A stretch of DNA of 61,725 bases, the filler included, from Bipalium vagum (taxonomy: Eukaryota), in the NCBI GenBank assembly GCA_037834085.1. It is 3 parts of 3 records of this genome, joined end to end, with 100 filler letters (N's around TTAATTAATTAA, not from the genome) between each part and the next. Parts side by side here need not be neighbours in the genome. Positions count along the whole stretch, not along the records: positions 1 to 24,629 come from JBBMKC010199498.1; positions 24,730 to 43,464 come from JBBMKC010020869.1; 1 more part is not named here. The stretch is one strand, 5' to 3'. A program made the position numbers and the translations under genes. Shown here in pieces: positions 20,700 to 33,962 of the stretch. How positions within the stretch are numbered: position 1 is the first letter of the stretch; each line of letters starts with the position of its first letter. Under the pieces are notes generated by a model that was not told the DNA's origin, ran no database searches, and worked only from the letters and a program-made list of their open reading frames with translations.

Positions 20700-23137
20700 A
20701 TGGAATTTGATGACTTTGAGGAAATTCCTACTAAAATTCCTAAGTTAGATAACTATAATTCCTCGGATAATGAAACTGACAATCTTCAATTCGACAATTC
20801 ATTCAGTAATTCTGAAGTAAAAATATTGATAAATAAGTAGATTAATTAATAAAACCCTTGCAGGTATGCATTATTTGCTTGGAACCTTGGACAACAAACG
20901 GTGATCATAAAATTGTATCAATCAACTGTGGTCACGTTTTTGGGCAAAAGTTTTTTTATTAATTTCTTAAAAAAAAATTTACCGTTTGCTTGATATTAGA
21001 TGCATTGAAAATTGGATTCACAAAAATCACGGTGGCTCATGTCCAACTTGTAAGAAAAGTTGCAATAAGAAAGACATTAGAGTATTGTATTTGGATGCTA
21101 AGAGCGTGAAAGTATAGACTTGTTTTTGAATGAAATTGTCAGGTCTTCATTTAAAGATTCTTTTAGCTTTTAGACAATGATGAAGTTATTAAAAAAACTG
21201 AAAAGATAAAGGAACTGGAATCTAAATATAAAGAAATTTCCGAAGAAAATTCTCAGCTGAAACTCATGACAAAATTGATGTCGATTGAAATGGCCAAGTT
21301 AAATGAAGAAGTTCAAAATTTAAAAGAAATGAAAGATTTAGCTGATTTTCACAACCAGAAAACTCAAATGATTAAGTATGGATGGTTTTTTGATTTGTAT
21401 AATGGAAATTTATTTTCATTTGTTTATTTGTTTGATTAATTTAATATTTATTAATTAATTATTGATTATTTAAGAACTCAAGTAGAAAAAATCGATTTCC
21501 AATTGGTGAAAAAAATTCCGATATCAGTTGTAATTTTTGAATAATGATTGTAATAACCCATCATTTATCACTTGTAAAACGGTTTTCAGATCGGCGGTTG
21601 CAGAGTCATGGGTTATTCGTATTTAGACAACAAAATCTGTGTCAGTTGTCCTATCAGTAATCGTATTTTTACCGGTTTTGGGGTGCGAGTGGTAAGTCTT
21701 TGTTTTAGATTTTTGGTTTAGAAAACATTTAACTTTCAGGTGGACATCAATGTTGGTAAAGTTAAAAAATATATCAATCTCCACAGTATGATGATAAGAC
21801 ATATCGATTACAGTCCATTTTTTTCCACAAATCTAATGATGTCTTGCAGCTTAGATAAATCAGTGAAATTGACTAGCACCAATTCTGATTCTGTGAGTTT
21901 ATGTTATTTCAAGTAAACCAATCTTGTCCCGATATGTATAATTGTTTTTCTTTTATCTTTTACCATTTATTACACAAAATAATAATATAATTATTATTAG
22001 TGTTCTTTGTTATAGATATTTAGATTAATATTATTACTCAATTTAGTAGCATTAAACACGAAAAATGTTATTCTTTGTCTTTTTTCCCTTAATTCTTTTT
22101 CCGAGATTATATTTGGATAAGATGTTAAAAATTTATTAACAGATTCTGGAAGTCCCAAAAAAGTTTCCATGTTTTCTTGTTCTTTTCTGCCCGTGATTTT
22201 ATTGGTTTTTCTTCAAAATAATGCAACCGATTTTTATTTGATTAAGATTTAATGTTACTATATTTAGTAACAAGTTTTCGAAATACCCAAAATTAATAAT
22301 AAAAAAATTATCTATTAAGTATTCAGGTTGTATCACATTACAAGTCTTCCAGTGCTGTTTGGAGCTGTGCCTGGTCGAATGACAATAATATTATGTATGC
22401 TGGTCTGTCGAATGGGAAAATTGAAGAAATCGACAGTCGAAACTTGTCAGCACCGGTGAAAGAGATTTACACTCTCTCTGGGGGTCCCATTGTTTCGTTG
22501 CGCTATATTGGTGCCAATGAATACATCAAGGACAGCGGTTTGCTGGTAACGAACTCTCAGGGAGTAAGAATTAATTCGAGGAAAAAAGGAATTTAAATCA
22601 TTATTTGTTCCAATTTTCTAGGTAACATTTCTTAGCAAATCGTCACTACAGGGTGGTTCAGATGAAAATTCTGAATATAAATTGGACACGGTTCTCATGG
22701 CATCTCAGTACGGAAGTACCATCGTCGCGAGCGCTCTCAACGACCAATCGTATCATTTGTTGAACACATTTCGGCCGAATGATTCCGTGAAAAATGTACG
22801 ATACTTAATTTCATCGATCGGATCGCGGAACACTGAGGACGGAATTATGTATGCTTCGGAAATCAAATCTTTTTTCGGTTCTAGTACAATGGAGTTCATG
22901 AGTCGGCCGTGTTTTTTGAACGATAAGTCGTCAGTCAATTTGATGGCCGGTGCTTGTGAAAATACGGCTACTATCAAAGTGTGGGACGTCGCTTCGAATA
23001 ACGATTGTTTGACATTATACCCCAAAGACGTAACTGCTCAAAAACCAGTTCTGGATTTTTGTCAATACAGCCAGGACCCAGTTTCTTTTGCTGCTCTGAA
23101 TTGTGATAATTTGTATTTATACAGGAAAACAGATTAA
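20700..23137 (+). CDS. RFWD3: RING finger, coiled-coil and WD40 E3 ligase RFWD3 (~528 aa); exons 20700-20816, 20864-20949, 21000-21111, 21167-21375, 21475-21529, 21590-21691, 21740-21892, 22327-22563, 22622-23137
   Basis: RING CIICLEPWTTNGDHKIVSINCGHVFGQKCIENW..CPTCKK, a coiled coil, GCRVM..GFGVR, SCSLDKSVKL, VWSCAW..YAGLSNG. Spliced length 1587 nt, in frame. Confidence 0.92.
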
Positions 23138-23778
23138 TTTCCGTTCATTTTTTTATTAATCAGTCTCGAAATTTGTCAAATGTAAATATTGATTTTTATT
23201 TTTAATAAAAATGATCGGGGTTAAATGATTTTGTTATTATAATAATTATTATTCCTTTATAATTATTATTAATATTTTATTATTATAACTGAACCTTTTA
23301 GCGCTCCTTTTTATTATTTTGGGAGGTGCGTTTGGGTAAATCAAACATCTTTGTCTTTCCAAAGAAAGAAATTCATTCGTTTTATTTCTTGGATATGTTA
23401 TTTTAATTAAAAAAATATTGATTAAAATTATTTAGTTTCGGAATGCTGGTTTTTCATTTTTTTAAAATGAACCACTATTTTTAATTTTATCTGGAAATTT
23501 TTTATATAATATAATCTTATAATAGATTTTTATTTTTCCATGTCTGTCACAGTTTTGATTCAATAGCGAGACAGTATATTACAAATTTTTGATAATAAAA
23601 CAACCAATTTCAAATGTAATTTAAATAAAAATTATTTGAATCATCTGAAAATTAATTAAAATTTATAAGTCTTCTATGAAATTGTGAATACCATAATGTA
23701 TGATTATTACACAAATTACTGTCTTGGTTGAAAATAAAAAATTATTTATAAATATATTATTTTCCTTAAATCGAAATG

Positions 23779-24390
23779 TGTAACTTTAGATCGATTTTCC
23801 TAACTCCTCACTTTGCTGATAATGTACGTGCTCGTTAAGTCTAAATTACTCTGAAAACTATCCGCTGTTGAATTAACAAAATCACAAATAACTTTATCTT
23901 ATTACCATGAATCAAAACTAATCATAATAAATTTTATTTCACAACATAAAACAAATTCAATGTAATTAAGTAAACGGTCAATACAAAATCATGCAGATCA
24001 CAAATAATATTTAAAATAAATAAATCACAAAACAGTCAATAATATCAATTTTAAATGTTCAAAGAAATGAATCACAAAAGAAAATTAAAACAAAATAATG
24101 GGTCTTACCTGAGCGGTCAACAGGTCCATCATCAATTTTCGGTCGATCAGAGGTTCTCTTACTTTAAAAATAAAAATAACCAAAATTTTTGTTTAAAAAT
24201 TGGATTTCTACTTTAATAAAGATTAAAAATTATACTAATCATAAGAATAGGCCACTATTTATATAATATATATATTAATATTTATATAATAATAGAAATA
24301 TTAAAATAATATATATAAATTATTAGTGTAATGTTATGTTATATTTTTAATTTCTTTTATAATTATTTTTGTTAATACTTGATAGTAACA
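23779..24390 (-). mobile_element. Possible solo LTR of a second family
   Basis: TGTAAC...GTAACA ends; on the minus strand TATAAAT, then CAG|GTAAGA, then a T-rich tract. No TSD found. Confidence 0.4.
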
Positions 24391-24629
24391 TTTTACACTA
24401 ATATGGTTCTCACTTTTAACAAGAATATGTTCAATAATATAATATATAATATAATATAATATTAATATTATAATTAATATTATTATATATTATTATGGGA
24501 AATTAACTCACACAATAAGATAATTAATTGATAATAATAATTTAATAATCTCAAATTATTAGGTTGTAAAGAAATAAATGGCGGTTTTTAACATCTAACT
24601 TTAAAGGAACACATGACAGCTTAAACAAA

Positions 24630-24729
24630 NNNNNNNNNNNNNNNNNNNNNNNNNNNNNNNNNNNNNNNNNNNNTTAATTAATTAANNNNNNNNNNNNNNN
24701 NNNNNNNNNNNNNNNNNNNNNNNNNNNNN
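24630..24729. other. Assembly gap with synthetic TTAATTAATTAA linker
   Basis: N44-TTAATTAATTAA-N44, identical to 43465-43564. Confidence 0.95.
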
Positions 24730-25074
24730 ATCTATGGATATCTTAGCCATATTTAACAAAAGAATTTCTAAAATTAAAAAAATATATTACTTAAGCATTA
24801 GCAAAACGTTGCACATATAGATTTCACTTAAAAATTGAATTTATCCTTAAAATAGTTTATATATTTAAATGAAATCAAAATTTAAAAACGCCTTAACATA
24901 ACAAATCTATTTTAATAATTATACAATAATTTTTTAAATAAATTTTAATGAGTATTAAACCTAACATAAACATATTTCTAAATTGACATAGACATTAACA
25001 AATAACATAAATAAAATAACAATATTATTAATTCTATGAGTTCTTGGGTCGTCCGCTATGCCATGTTTACTTAC

Positions 25075-28000
25075 ACACGGATTCTCTAACTAAAGAGGAC
25101 CCATTGAAAAATCATGTTGCAGAAAGGGTAAAATACTTACCATCAATGAAAAATTCTTCCGACTATAAAAAAACAAATCGTAAGTCTGCTTAAAGATTCT
25201 TTAAACACAAAAATAAATAAATCGTTTAACTAAATTTTTTGACTACTCTTTCTTCGGGAAATTTTTCGTCTTATATAGTAGTAGAAATTGGCCGTAGACC
25301 ACCAATTGCTACGTTTGAAAAGCTATTTCCTAAGTAGCCTAATAATTCCAAAATTATTTTTCTATTGCCTCGACGACAAGATTAATTATTAACTATTAAT
25401 TATTATCTCTCGTTATTTTTTAAAGTAATTTTATTACTGTAGAGACTTTCAGGGTCTGATCCAACGAACCTACCAGTTTGTGTAATCCATTAATTTTATG
25501 GATTACAATTATCTTTTGATAAACAAAATTTTGTTATTATGCATGAAAAATATAATTTTGGGGTTTTACTTAATATTTTAATTGAAAAATTTAGAATATC
25601 TAGACACCTAAAATCCTTCCTTTTTATGTTATCATATGTTATCAAATAACCTAATCTGGTTTTCAATAGATGATTGTAGTATCTTTCTTCAAATTTAGCT
25701 AAAATTCTTTATCAATAAAAACGTGAAACAGAAATTTTAACGGTATTTCTCTTTGAAAATTCCCATCCCAGCTGGTAAGGGAATTCAGAATTCTACAAAA
25801 TGGTTTTTTATACCTCCGTTTATTGATTTGAATAAACAAATTCTTCTAGAATTTCTACTTTCTTAACTTTTTAATTTTCATTTCAATAGTTATAATTTTT
25901 CTAAAAATAGATTCTAAAGTTTTCTTATTTTGGCCTGCTTTCCAAAACTTTAAATAATAATATAATTAATATTAATACAAATATTATTTTGATGATATAA
26001 TATAAATATAAAAAATTGATTATCAATCAAAAAAATGTTAAAGTCAATTTCACTATAAAGGATTTCTGTTTTTTATATATTTTTCGATCTCTGAACTGAT
26101 CTAAAAATATTTTTATGTAAAAATTGATTTACCTATTTATCAAGTTTTCATTTGATTTCAGAAATAGAAAATTATAATTAAAAAAATAAAATTTAAATAA
26201 AATTTACTTGATTGGATTATAGAGAAAACCTCTATATCTAAATTTCTTATTTTTTCAAAAGTTTTGTATTTTAAATTGTTATAAATAAAATCTTGGTCTT
26301 GAAAATACTTTCAACTCATATCTGCCTTAATCATTTGTGAGGCTAAAAATTTTTTTAATTAAACACAAAAGCTAGTTTTATATTATCTGAAGCATAAATA
26401 ATATATTTGAATTTACACTAACTATAAGCATTGTAGAGTTAAAAATAATTCAGTAATATTAGTACAAAGTCAAAAAAATCCATTGAGATTGTACCTGAAA
26501 CTTAATTCATTCATTTTACTATATTCCTTTCATAAAATTTTTTTTCAGTTCAAACTTGTCAATCCAGGTAAGGAGAAATCGATATTTCTAATTTTAGTAT
26601 CTAAACATATTTTATTTCATTATAATAGAAATATCTCTAAACTTTAGAAACAATATCCAAATAACCGACAAAAATATGTTCAAATAAATCTTCATAACTG
26701 TGTATGATCTCTTTTATTTAATTTTTTCTAATTTCGAAAAATTAATTGCATGTTGTGAATATCGGTTTTCAAAATAAAATTATTTTATGAAAATAAAAAC
26801 TTAAAATCTTATTTAACATTTATTTACCGAAAAAACAACATTGATATTATCATTCAATGATTTCAGACAAAATGATATAATAATTATTAATAAAGAACAG
26901 TTACTTTTTAATAACAGTTGAACTCATGATCACCACAGTATAAATTGATCAAAGAATTTTAAATTTATTTTCTCACACAATGAGAATAGTTAGTTAAAAA
27001 TATTGATGATTTTTCGATATACTGGTTGAAGAATATTCTTGAATTAATGCAATCTTAATTTACACATCAAAAATGGAGTGCAAAGTTTAGTTCAAATGTG
27101 AATAATCAACATTGACAAAGACTACCACTTGTTCTTCCACTAGTCAATTTTATTCCCCCTGCAGGAGAATCTGACAATTTATTCCATCTAAAACAAAATT
27201 TAAGAAACCATTAAATCTTTTACATAATTTTAAGAATTTCAAAATAAAACTTAGAAAATTAATACTCATTATGAAAGCCTTGGAGATACAGTTTTCTGGT
27301 CATATAATGAGGATTAAATTATAAGTGTCTATTGGTAATATTTATTCGTAGCTTAGAACTCGAATTTAGTTTGATAAAAACATTATGAACTATATTAGTT
27401 AAAATGGCTACAAAAGATTAAGAGTGACTTAAAATAATTTTGTTTAAATGCTCCTAAATATCTATAAATATTTGTAGATAAAATTGATCAATAGATCTAG
27501 CAGAACTTATAAACACTAAAATAAATTTAATATCCCATTCTACAATTCCCCATCTGAACACTGTGATCAGTATGAGTCATTTTGAAATGATAAACAATAA
27601 ATCTCAAAGTCTCTTTTGATGAAAGCTTACCCTCCTTGAAATGGATTTTGATTGTTGCTATCAATTTGACGCGTTTGTAAACTTGATTAATTTATGAATA
27701 TTTATTTTATGTATTGCTTTGACGTAGTTGAATGTAACGAAAGTTGTTACTTTTCATTTTATATTTTATCAATAGAAAATTAAATTATTATTAGAAAACT
27801 GTATAAGATCAAAATTAAATAAAATTATAAATACTTCAATGGAAAACAGAATTTAAATAAATTCATGAGCAAATTATAAAAATCTAAAGATGATTGATGA
27901 AAAATATCACATTTTTATTTTTGGTAATATACATCGCTACTAAATTAATGAAATTTTAAAGGGGCATATAAAGAGAAAAGCAAAGATTTTGGAAAAAATC

Positions 28001-29725
28001 AAAGAAAAATTACGTACAAAACATAAATAAAGGTTTGCTCCAAATCATGGCAGTGACAGATTAAAAGTCAACAATGTTATTTTGTTAGTGAAATGTGCGA
28101 TAATTTTTTTACCATCAATTTTTATCGAATTTATTATTATTATAATAAATTTTACATGTAAACATCATTAAATATTTATATTAAGATTTACGAATTAACG
28201 TATGCTTTGAATAATTCGTAAAAAACAAATTTTCGGACCATTTTGTTTTATTTACAATATTTTTTAATAAAAATGACTTAATAATTGATTAAATATTATA
28301 ACTATCTCAAAATCATAAATAATTATAATTAGATTCATTTATTTTTATTACATTTAATATTTTTCACATGTATTCAACTGATTTCATTAATAAAATTCAG
28401 GAGCTATGCGAGAAACAATATTTACAGAAAAGTAGTCGCATTATAAAAAAAATATCTTATACTTATGTTATTTATATAGTAAAAACCGACATGGTCGGCT
28501 GAAAATGAAAATAGAACCGAATAAAAAGATCAATAGCTGATAAAATTCAAAAATAGAATCTCAGCGATTTTCTGTTGAAAATCAAATGTTCGGATGCAAA
28601 ATCTAAAGGAAATTTCAATTACCATAAAAATCTGCGTAAACGGTCAAAGAACTTTATTAGAAGTTGAATTTATTTACGGAAAATACCAAAAGAATTTCTA
28701 AAAAATAGCTAAAGTTGTGTCTGCAGGAAAATAGATCTAGAAAAATTTTATTAACAAAAACGAAATATTCGGTGATGAAAAGAAACTCAAATTTGAAGTT
28801 TTATTTATTTTTCGTGGTTTGATGCATTTGATCCTCATTTTAAGTATCATCTATAATTACTCTAAGAAACGAAAAAGGAAAAAGTGACATCTTTAAACGA
28901 CAGACGTAATATAAACCAAAAATTAAATTTTTAAATGTCTTTACTTTTTTGACTATACAAATTATTTTTCATACTCGACATTGCCTTATTCCGATAGGAG
29001 ATAAAGGTACAATATTTAATGTTAAAATGAATAGCTCGTTTTGAAATTAATGACACCCTAGGTGAGAAATTAAACTTGTATAAAAGATCATAGAACAAAT
29101 ACACAATATCAATCATCGTAAACTTCATTAGAAAATACTACTGTATAATTTGATACAGGTATCAGCATTGTAGGATCAATTAAGTAAATAACATCTCTTT
29201 TCTTTTTTGGTCCACGTGATAAGTATGACAGGAGAGTCACAGAGTTAGAGACCCTTGAATTTTTACTAAATTTTCTCAGTTCTTAAGGTGGTAAATCATT
29301 CAGTAGCAATTTTTTAAAAATAAAATTATAATTTCAAATTATTAATCTTGATTAAATACTATTTAATTTTTTGAACTCAAGATCATTTCTCATTCAGTAC
29401 AAGAATACTAATGATAATGCTTCTTAACTTCAGGAAGCCGTAAAGTTTTTTAGTCAGAATTTGTTCGATGGATCTATTTTCTTGATTCTTGACGGATTCT
29501 TGTTGCAGCCGTTGTTGAATCAAAATAATTTTCTCTCTGTACATAACTTATATCAAATGTTGATACCATTGTTTATAATGAATAGTTTTACATAACTTTA
29601 TATAAATTGGAAAGAGGTTTGCTTCCTTCTTAATTGGAAAATGAAGACTATGAATGAAACTTCACCGGAAATTTTTAAAGGAGCTTCTAAAATCTATCAA
29701 TCTGGTTTCTCATTTTCTTGGGAAA
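25075..29725 (-). pseudogene. Decayed multi-exon gene of unknown family
   Basis: Several AG/GT-bounded exon-like blocks (about 26342-26208, 27408-27266, 27187 onward, 29720 onward) with long protein-like frames broken by isolated stops. Confidence 0.5.
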
Positions 29726-30589
29726 TTTTTAATATTTTTCTGTGAAAAAATCTATAATTTTTATACTTTCATTTATATAACAATTATCTTCTTTGTTGAG
29801 AAATAAAGATTTTAGTCACCATTTCACAAATATCAAAATTTATATGTGACTTGTTCACAAAAAATTATTACATTATATTTTATTACATTACTTAACAATT
29901 TATATTGAAGATTTTCAAGTGTATATTATGAAAATTAATAAAAAATTATAAAAATCGATTTTAGATAATGACTGTTTTTTGTTTTATTTCTTTTGCAAAA
30001 ACTGAACACATTAATTTCCGAATAACCAATTATTTTTTATTGATGAAATGAAAATAAAAAAATAGTAGTAATTATTGATTTAACAAAGAATGATCCAATA
30101 AAAAAATGAAATGTTAAATATTCTAAACCACAATTGTAAAATAAAGATCTGCAAAGAATTTACTTTCCCACGAATATTCATTGTGACTTATTTTATTGAA
30201 ATTATTAATAAAAAAATCTATGTTCTTATTAATTGTTTAAAATAATCATTACAAATTGTAAATTAAATTCAATGACAATCTACATTTTATTGTAATTACA
30301 TTGATATTGATTAAATAAATTTTAAGTAAATTTATAAAATATTCTTATTGATTTAACTTATTTTAAAATATTTAATATTGTCAAACTATTTGACTCACTT
30401 TGGATTCATATCAATTTTAAATAAACCTTCCATGTACAAATGAAGAACAAAAAACATTGATAACATAGAAATACAATGAAATTTGTCAACATTAAAAACT
30501 GTAATTAATTTAAATGGATATTTATTGATATTGTTTTTTCCAGTATGAAATTAGTTTTTCAATATTAAATAAATAGAATTTTAACCTCT

Positions 30590-30851
30590 TTAAGCTGTTG
30601 AGCAAGTTGTCTAATTTTTTCTGATATTTTTCTTCAACAACTGGCTTTAATTGACCTTTACTTAGCAGAAAACCCGGTCTTTGTTTTAGTGATTCAAGTT
30701 ACCACCTCGAAATCCTTTCAACCACATTTAAGTTACATATTCACTTACACTACTATCACTCTATTCAGTTAAATGTTTAAAATTGCTTTAGATGCATTGT
30801 ATTTTAGCTTAAACTCATGTAATATGCATATCCTAAATTTTGTTCAACCAT
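30590..30851 (-). mobile_element. Mariner N-terminal remnant
   Basis: ICILHEFKLKYNASKA..WLKGFRGGN..QLKPVVEEN. Confidence 0.65.
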
Positions 30852-30999
30852 GCTAAGAGATCAATGAAAAAAATTATATTTTATGTTATTATTATTAATT
30901 TTAAATTGATAAAGTTTGACAATTTCTCTTTAATTTTATTTATATAAATAAAAATTCCGATTAAGACTTGTTGAAAGATTTTAATTTGAAATTTGATAT

Positions 31000-31500
31000 C
31001 AAATATTCGCAATTTCAAATTGAACAACGTAATAGTATTCAGTCTCAGTAAAACGGAAGAGCGAGAAAAGCAACCCCTATAGACTATATATGTACTTAGA
31101 CTTCGTCGGAAGATAATTAAAGAAATCCACTCAAACATTGTTGATTCAGGCTTAAATTTTTAAGGTCTCTATAATGACAACTGAAAGAGGCAGACATTAT
31201 TCCTCATGTTAAAATGAATTAAACCCTCAATTACAAACCTGGTTTCGTGGTTGTCAAGTTAGTGCATCTTGGCGTAGAGCTAAAGTTATACTGAAATACA
31301 TGGAAACTGAAAAATACCACTATTTGACTCGTCCGGTAATTCTCCTGACATGCATCCTATAGAAAATGTTTGGGAGCTGTCTACAGGTCACATTGTTCTG
31401 GAAAAAATGAAAACCAGATCTGAAATGATACAGAAAATAAAGTATTTGTTGTTTAGCAACGGACTTAAACAAGACAGCCACCAATCAACAGTTAATCTGC
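31000..31500 (+). mobile_element. Decayed Tc1-like remnant
   Basis: SGNSPDMHPIENVWE motif near 31332-31376. Confidence 0.6.
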
Positions 31501-31637
31501 TTTAAAAATAAAGATGTAGACAGGTGTTAGGGAAAAGTCTGGAGAATAAAGAATAATTTCATAACTCAACTTTTTAAGCTTCAGTTGCATCATTTGTGCA
31601 ACATGCTATCGGATATTTTTTAAAAACTAAATGAGCT

Positions 31638-32361
31638 CATTATGATGACCAAAGCAATGTACACACCTGGACAAAAAAATGAGGCTTACATAATTTATAT
31701 CATATATCATGACATTTATTTTAACAATTTTAAAAAAAATTTCAAACAATATATCATTAACTAAATAAAAAATATTAAAAATGGATATATTTCCATTCGA
31801 CCAATTTAAGCAACTTGAGCCGTTTGGGTAGGCTTTATGATAGTCTCTTACAAGTTCTGTATTAATGATTTTCCATTCTTTCTCGACTATTTTCCACAGT
31901 TGACCAGGAATTTTGAAAATTTTCGCGGCTAGTTTTGTCTTTATGTATGCCCATATATTCTCAATGAGATTAAGATCTGGCGATTGTCCGGGCCAAAACA
32001 TAACCAGTACACCTGTTTTCTTCAACCATGGTTTTGCTGTTTTTGCTGTGTGCGCCGGTGCATTGTCCTGTTGGAAAATAATATATTGTCTTTCATTTTC
32101 CGTGCATAACTTCTCGATGCTTGGAAGCAATCCAATATCTAATATCCTTTGGTACTCTTTGGCATTAATTGACCAAGTACATCGTATAAGCTCACCAACT
32201 CCCGATGCTGAGAATATTCCCCAAACCATAATTCCCCTAGCGCCATGTTTCTTTTTGGTGGAAATACATTCTATTACATATTTTTCAGTTGATCTTCGAA
32301 GACAGCTTTCAGGGGCATTACTATGAAGTTCAAATCGGCATTCGACCACTCCAGAACACAT
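31638..32361 (-). mobile_element. Tc1 (DD34E) transposase, 5'-truncated
   Basis: KHGARGIMVWG, FQQDNAPAHTAK..WPGQSPDLNLIENIW, with 34 residues between D and E. Confidence 0.92.
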
Positions 32362-32956
32362 ATTGGAACCACTATTTAATAAATTAACGACACCAATTTC
32401 TTAAAACAAGTAAAAATGTAATAAAATAACCTTTTAAAATTCATTAAGAAAAATTTTTTTAATTTAATAACATTTAAAATAAAAATTTTAATTAATTTTA
32501 AATAGTAAAGCAATTCATAAGAATGTAAACATTCTAAAATCTGTTTAAGTACTCACAGTAACATTGTATTGAGATTCGAAAAAACCGATTTATCATTGTT
32601 AAAAAATTAAAAATTAGACTATTTAGTCCAAACTAGTGATCACTGATGTCTGAAATCTTATTAGAATTTCGTTGGTGATAAAAAATAGACCTATGAAAAA
32701 CTCAATTCATATTGTGAATTATTTAATCGATATTTTGAACTATACATGTCGACTTAAAAATATAATGGAAAATTTTATCAATTTGTGATATTGATTAAAG
32801 AAAAATCGATAGTGACAGAAGAAATCAAAAGATTTGAGTGATTAATCATTAAATCAATTGGAAATATATTTTTGATATTGCCTATTGGTAAAATAAATAT
32901 ATTCCCTTTAACATTAAAAAAAACAGTTACTGAAATAAGAACAAAAAACAGATGAA

Positions 32957-33715
32957 CTAGAACCTTTTTCGTATATCTCCGAAATTTTGAGATGATGTTC
33001 GTACCACACTGTTTGCTGTTTCATTGGATTCCCATCTACTAACAATGGAACGAGTACACTCAAAAAATACTTCTTGTATGTGTTCGCCATTAATGGCACT
33101 TGTCTCGAAAAATAACATATCATTTTCCTTGGAAAAATTTTCTGCCTCAGCAAACGAGACTTCTCTTGATCCTTTATTATCGTCCAAATCTTTTTTGTTG
33201 CCCACAAGAATTGTCGATAGGTTCGTACCCGCCAAACTTCTCGCATCAGAAAGCCAATTTATAACGGCATTAAAGGAATCTCTATTGGTGATATCATATA
33301 CAACCAAGGCTCCGCTAGCACCTCTATAGTATGATCGAGCAACAGATCTAAATCTTTCTTGGCCTGGAAAAAATTTTTACAATAAATTATCAATTTAATT
33401 TATTATTAAACGTTAATCTAATTTATGATAATGAAATGACCACATGATTTTATTTTATTAAAATTCAAAGTAGTGAAAGATAATTTAGAAGAACATAATT
33501 GACTAAATAAAAATTTGACCTGCTGTATCCCATATTTGGAGCTTTACTGTTTTATTATTAACTTGAATTATTTTACTAGCAAATTCGACTCCAATAGTAT
33601 GAATGGAATTTTCTTTAGGTTTCCGTTCAATAAAATGATGAAGAATACATGATTTACCAACTCCAGCGTTTCCAATTATTAAAAATTTAAATAAAAATTC
33701 ATATTGTTCAGTCAT
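32957..33715 (-). CDS. RAB4: Rab4-like small GTPase; exons 33715-33520 and 33363-32957 (alternative end at 32914 through a 34-nt intron)
   Basis: [68 protein letters not shown]. Confidence 0.88.
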
Positions 33716-33847
33716 TTTAAAACTTTAAAAATTATTATTTTAGAAAGATATTAAATGAATATTGCATGAACTTTTAATTAAGTTGTTTAAACAATTTTTC
33801 ACCATTTAAAAATTTTTTTATCTTATTAAAAATTATATATTATTTAA

Positions 33848-33962
33848 ATTATATATTATTTAAATTAAAGAAAATTTATAAATTAGTATATAATTATGGT
33901 TATGTTATTATATATTATTTAAATTAAAGAAAATTTATAAATTAGTATATAATTATGGTTAT
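33848..33962. repeat. ~56-bp tandem duplication (period 59) upstream of Rab4
   Basis: ATTATATATTATTTAAATTAAAGAAAATTTATAAATTAGTATATAATTATGGTTAT occurs twice. Confidence 0.9.

Noticed and set aside
24630-24729. TTAATTAATTAA palindrome centred in N runs (also 43465-43564)
   Set aside because: The identical N44-12-N44 format with stops in all six frames marks a scaffolding linker, not biology.
25133-25141. ATACTTACC resembling the U1 snRNA 5' end
   Set aside because: No U1 body follows; it is the reverse complement of a G|GTAAGTAT donor.
26208-29725. Alternative genetic code or selenocysteine recoding suggested by in-frame TGA codons
   Set aside because: TAA, TAG and frameshifts occur as well, and the intact genes use TGG for Trp and standard stops. 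Ordinary pseudogenisation explains it.
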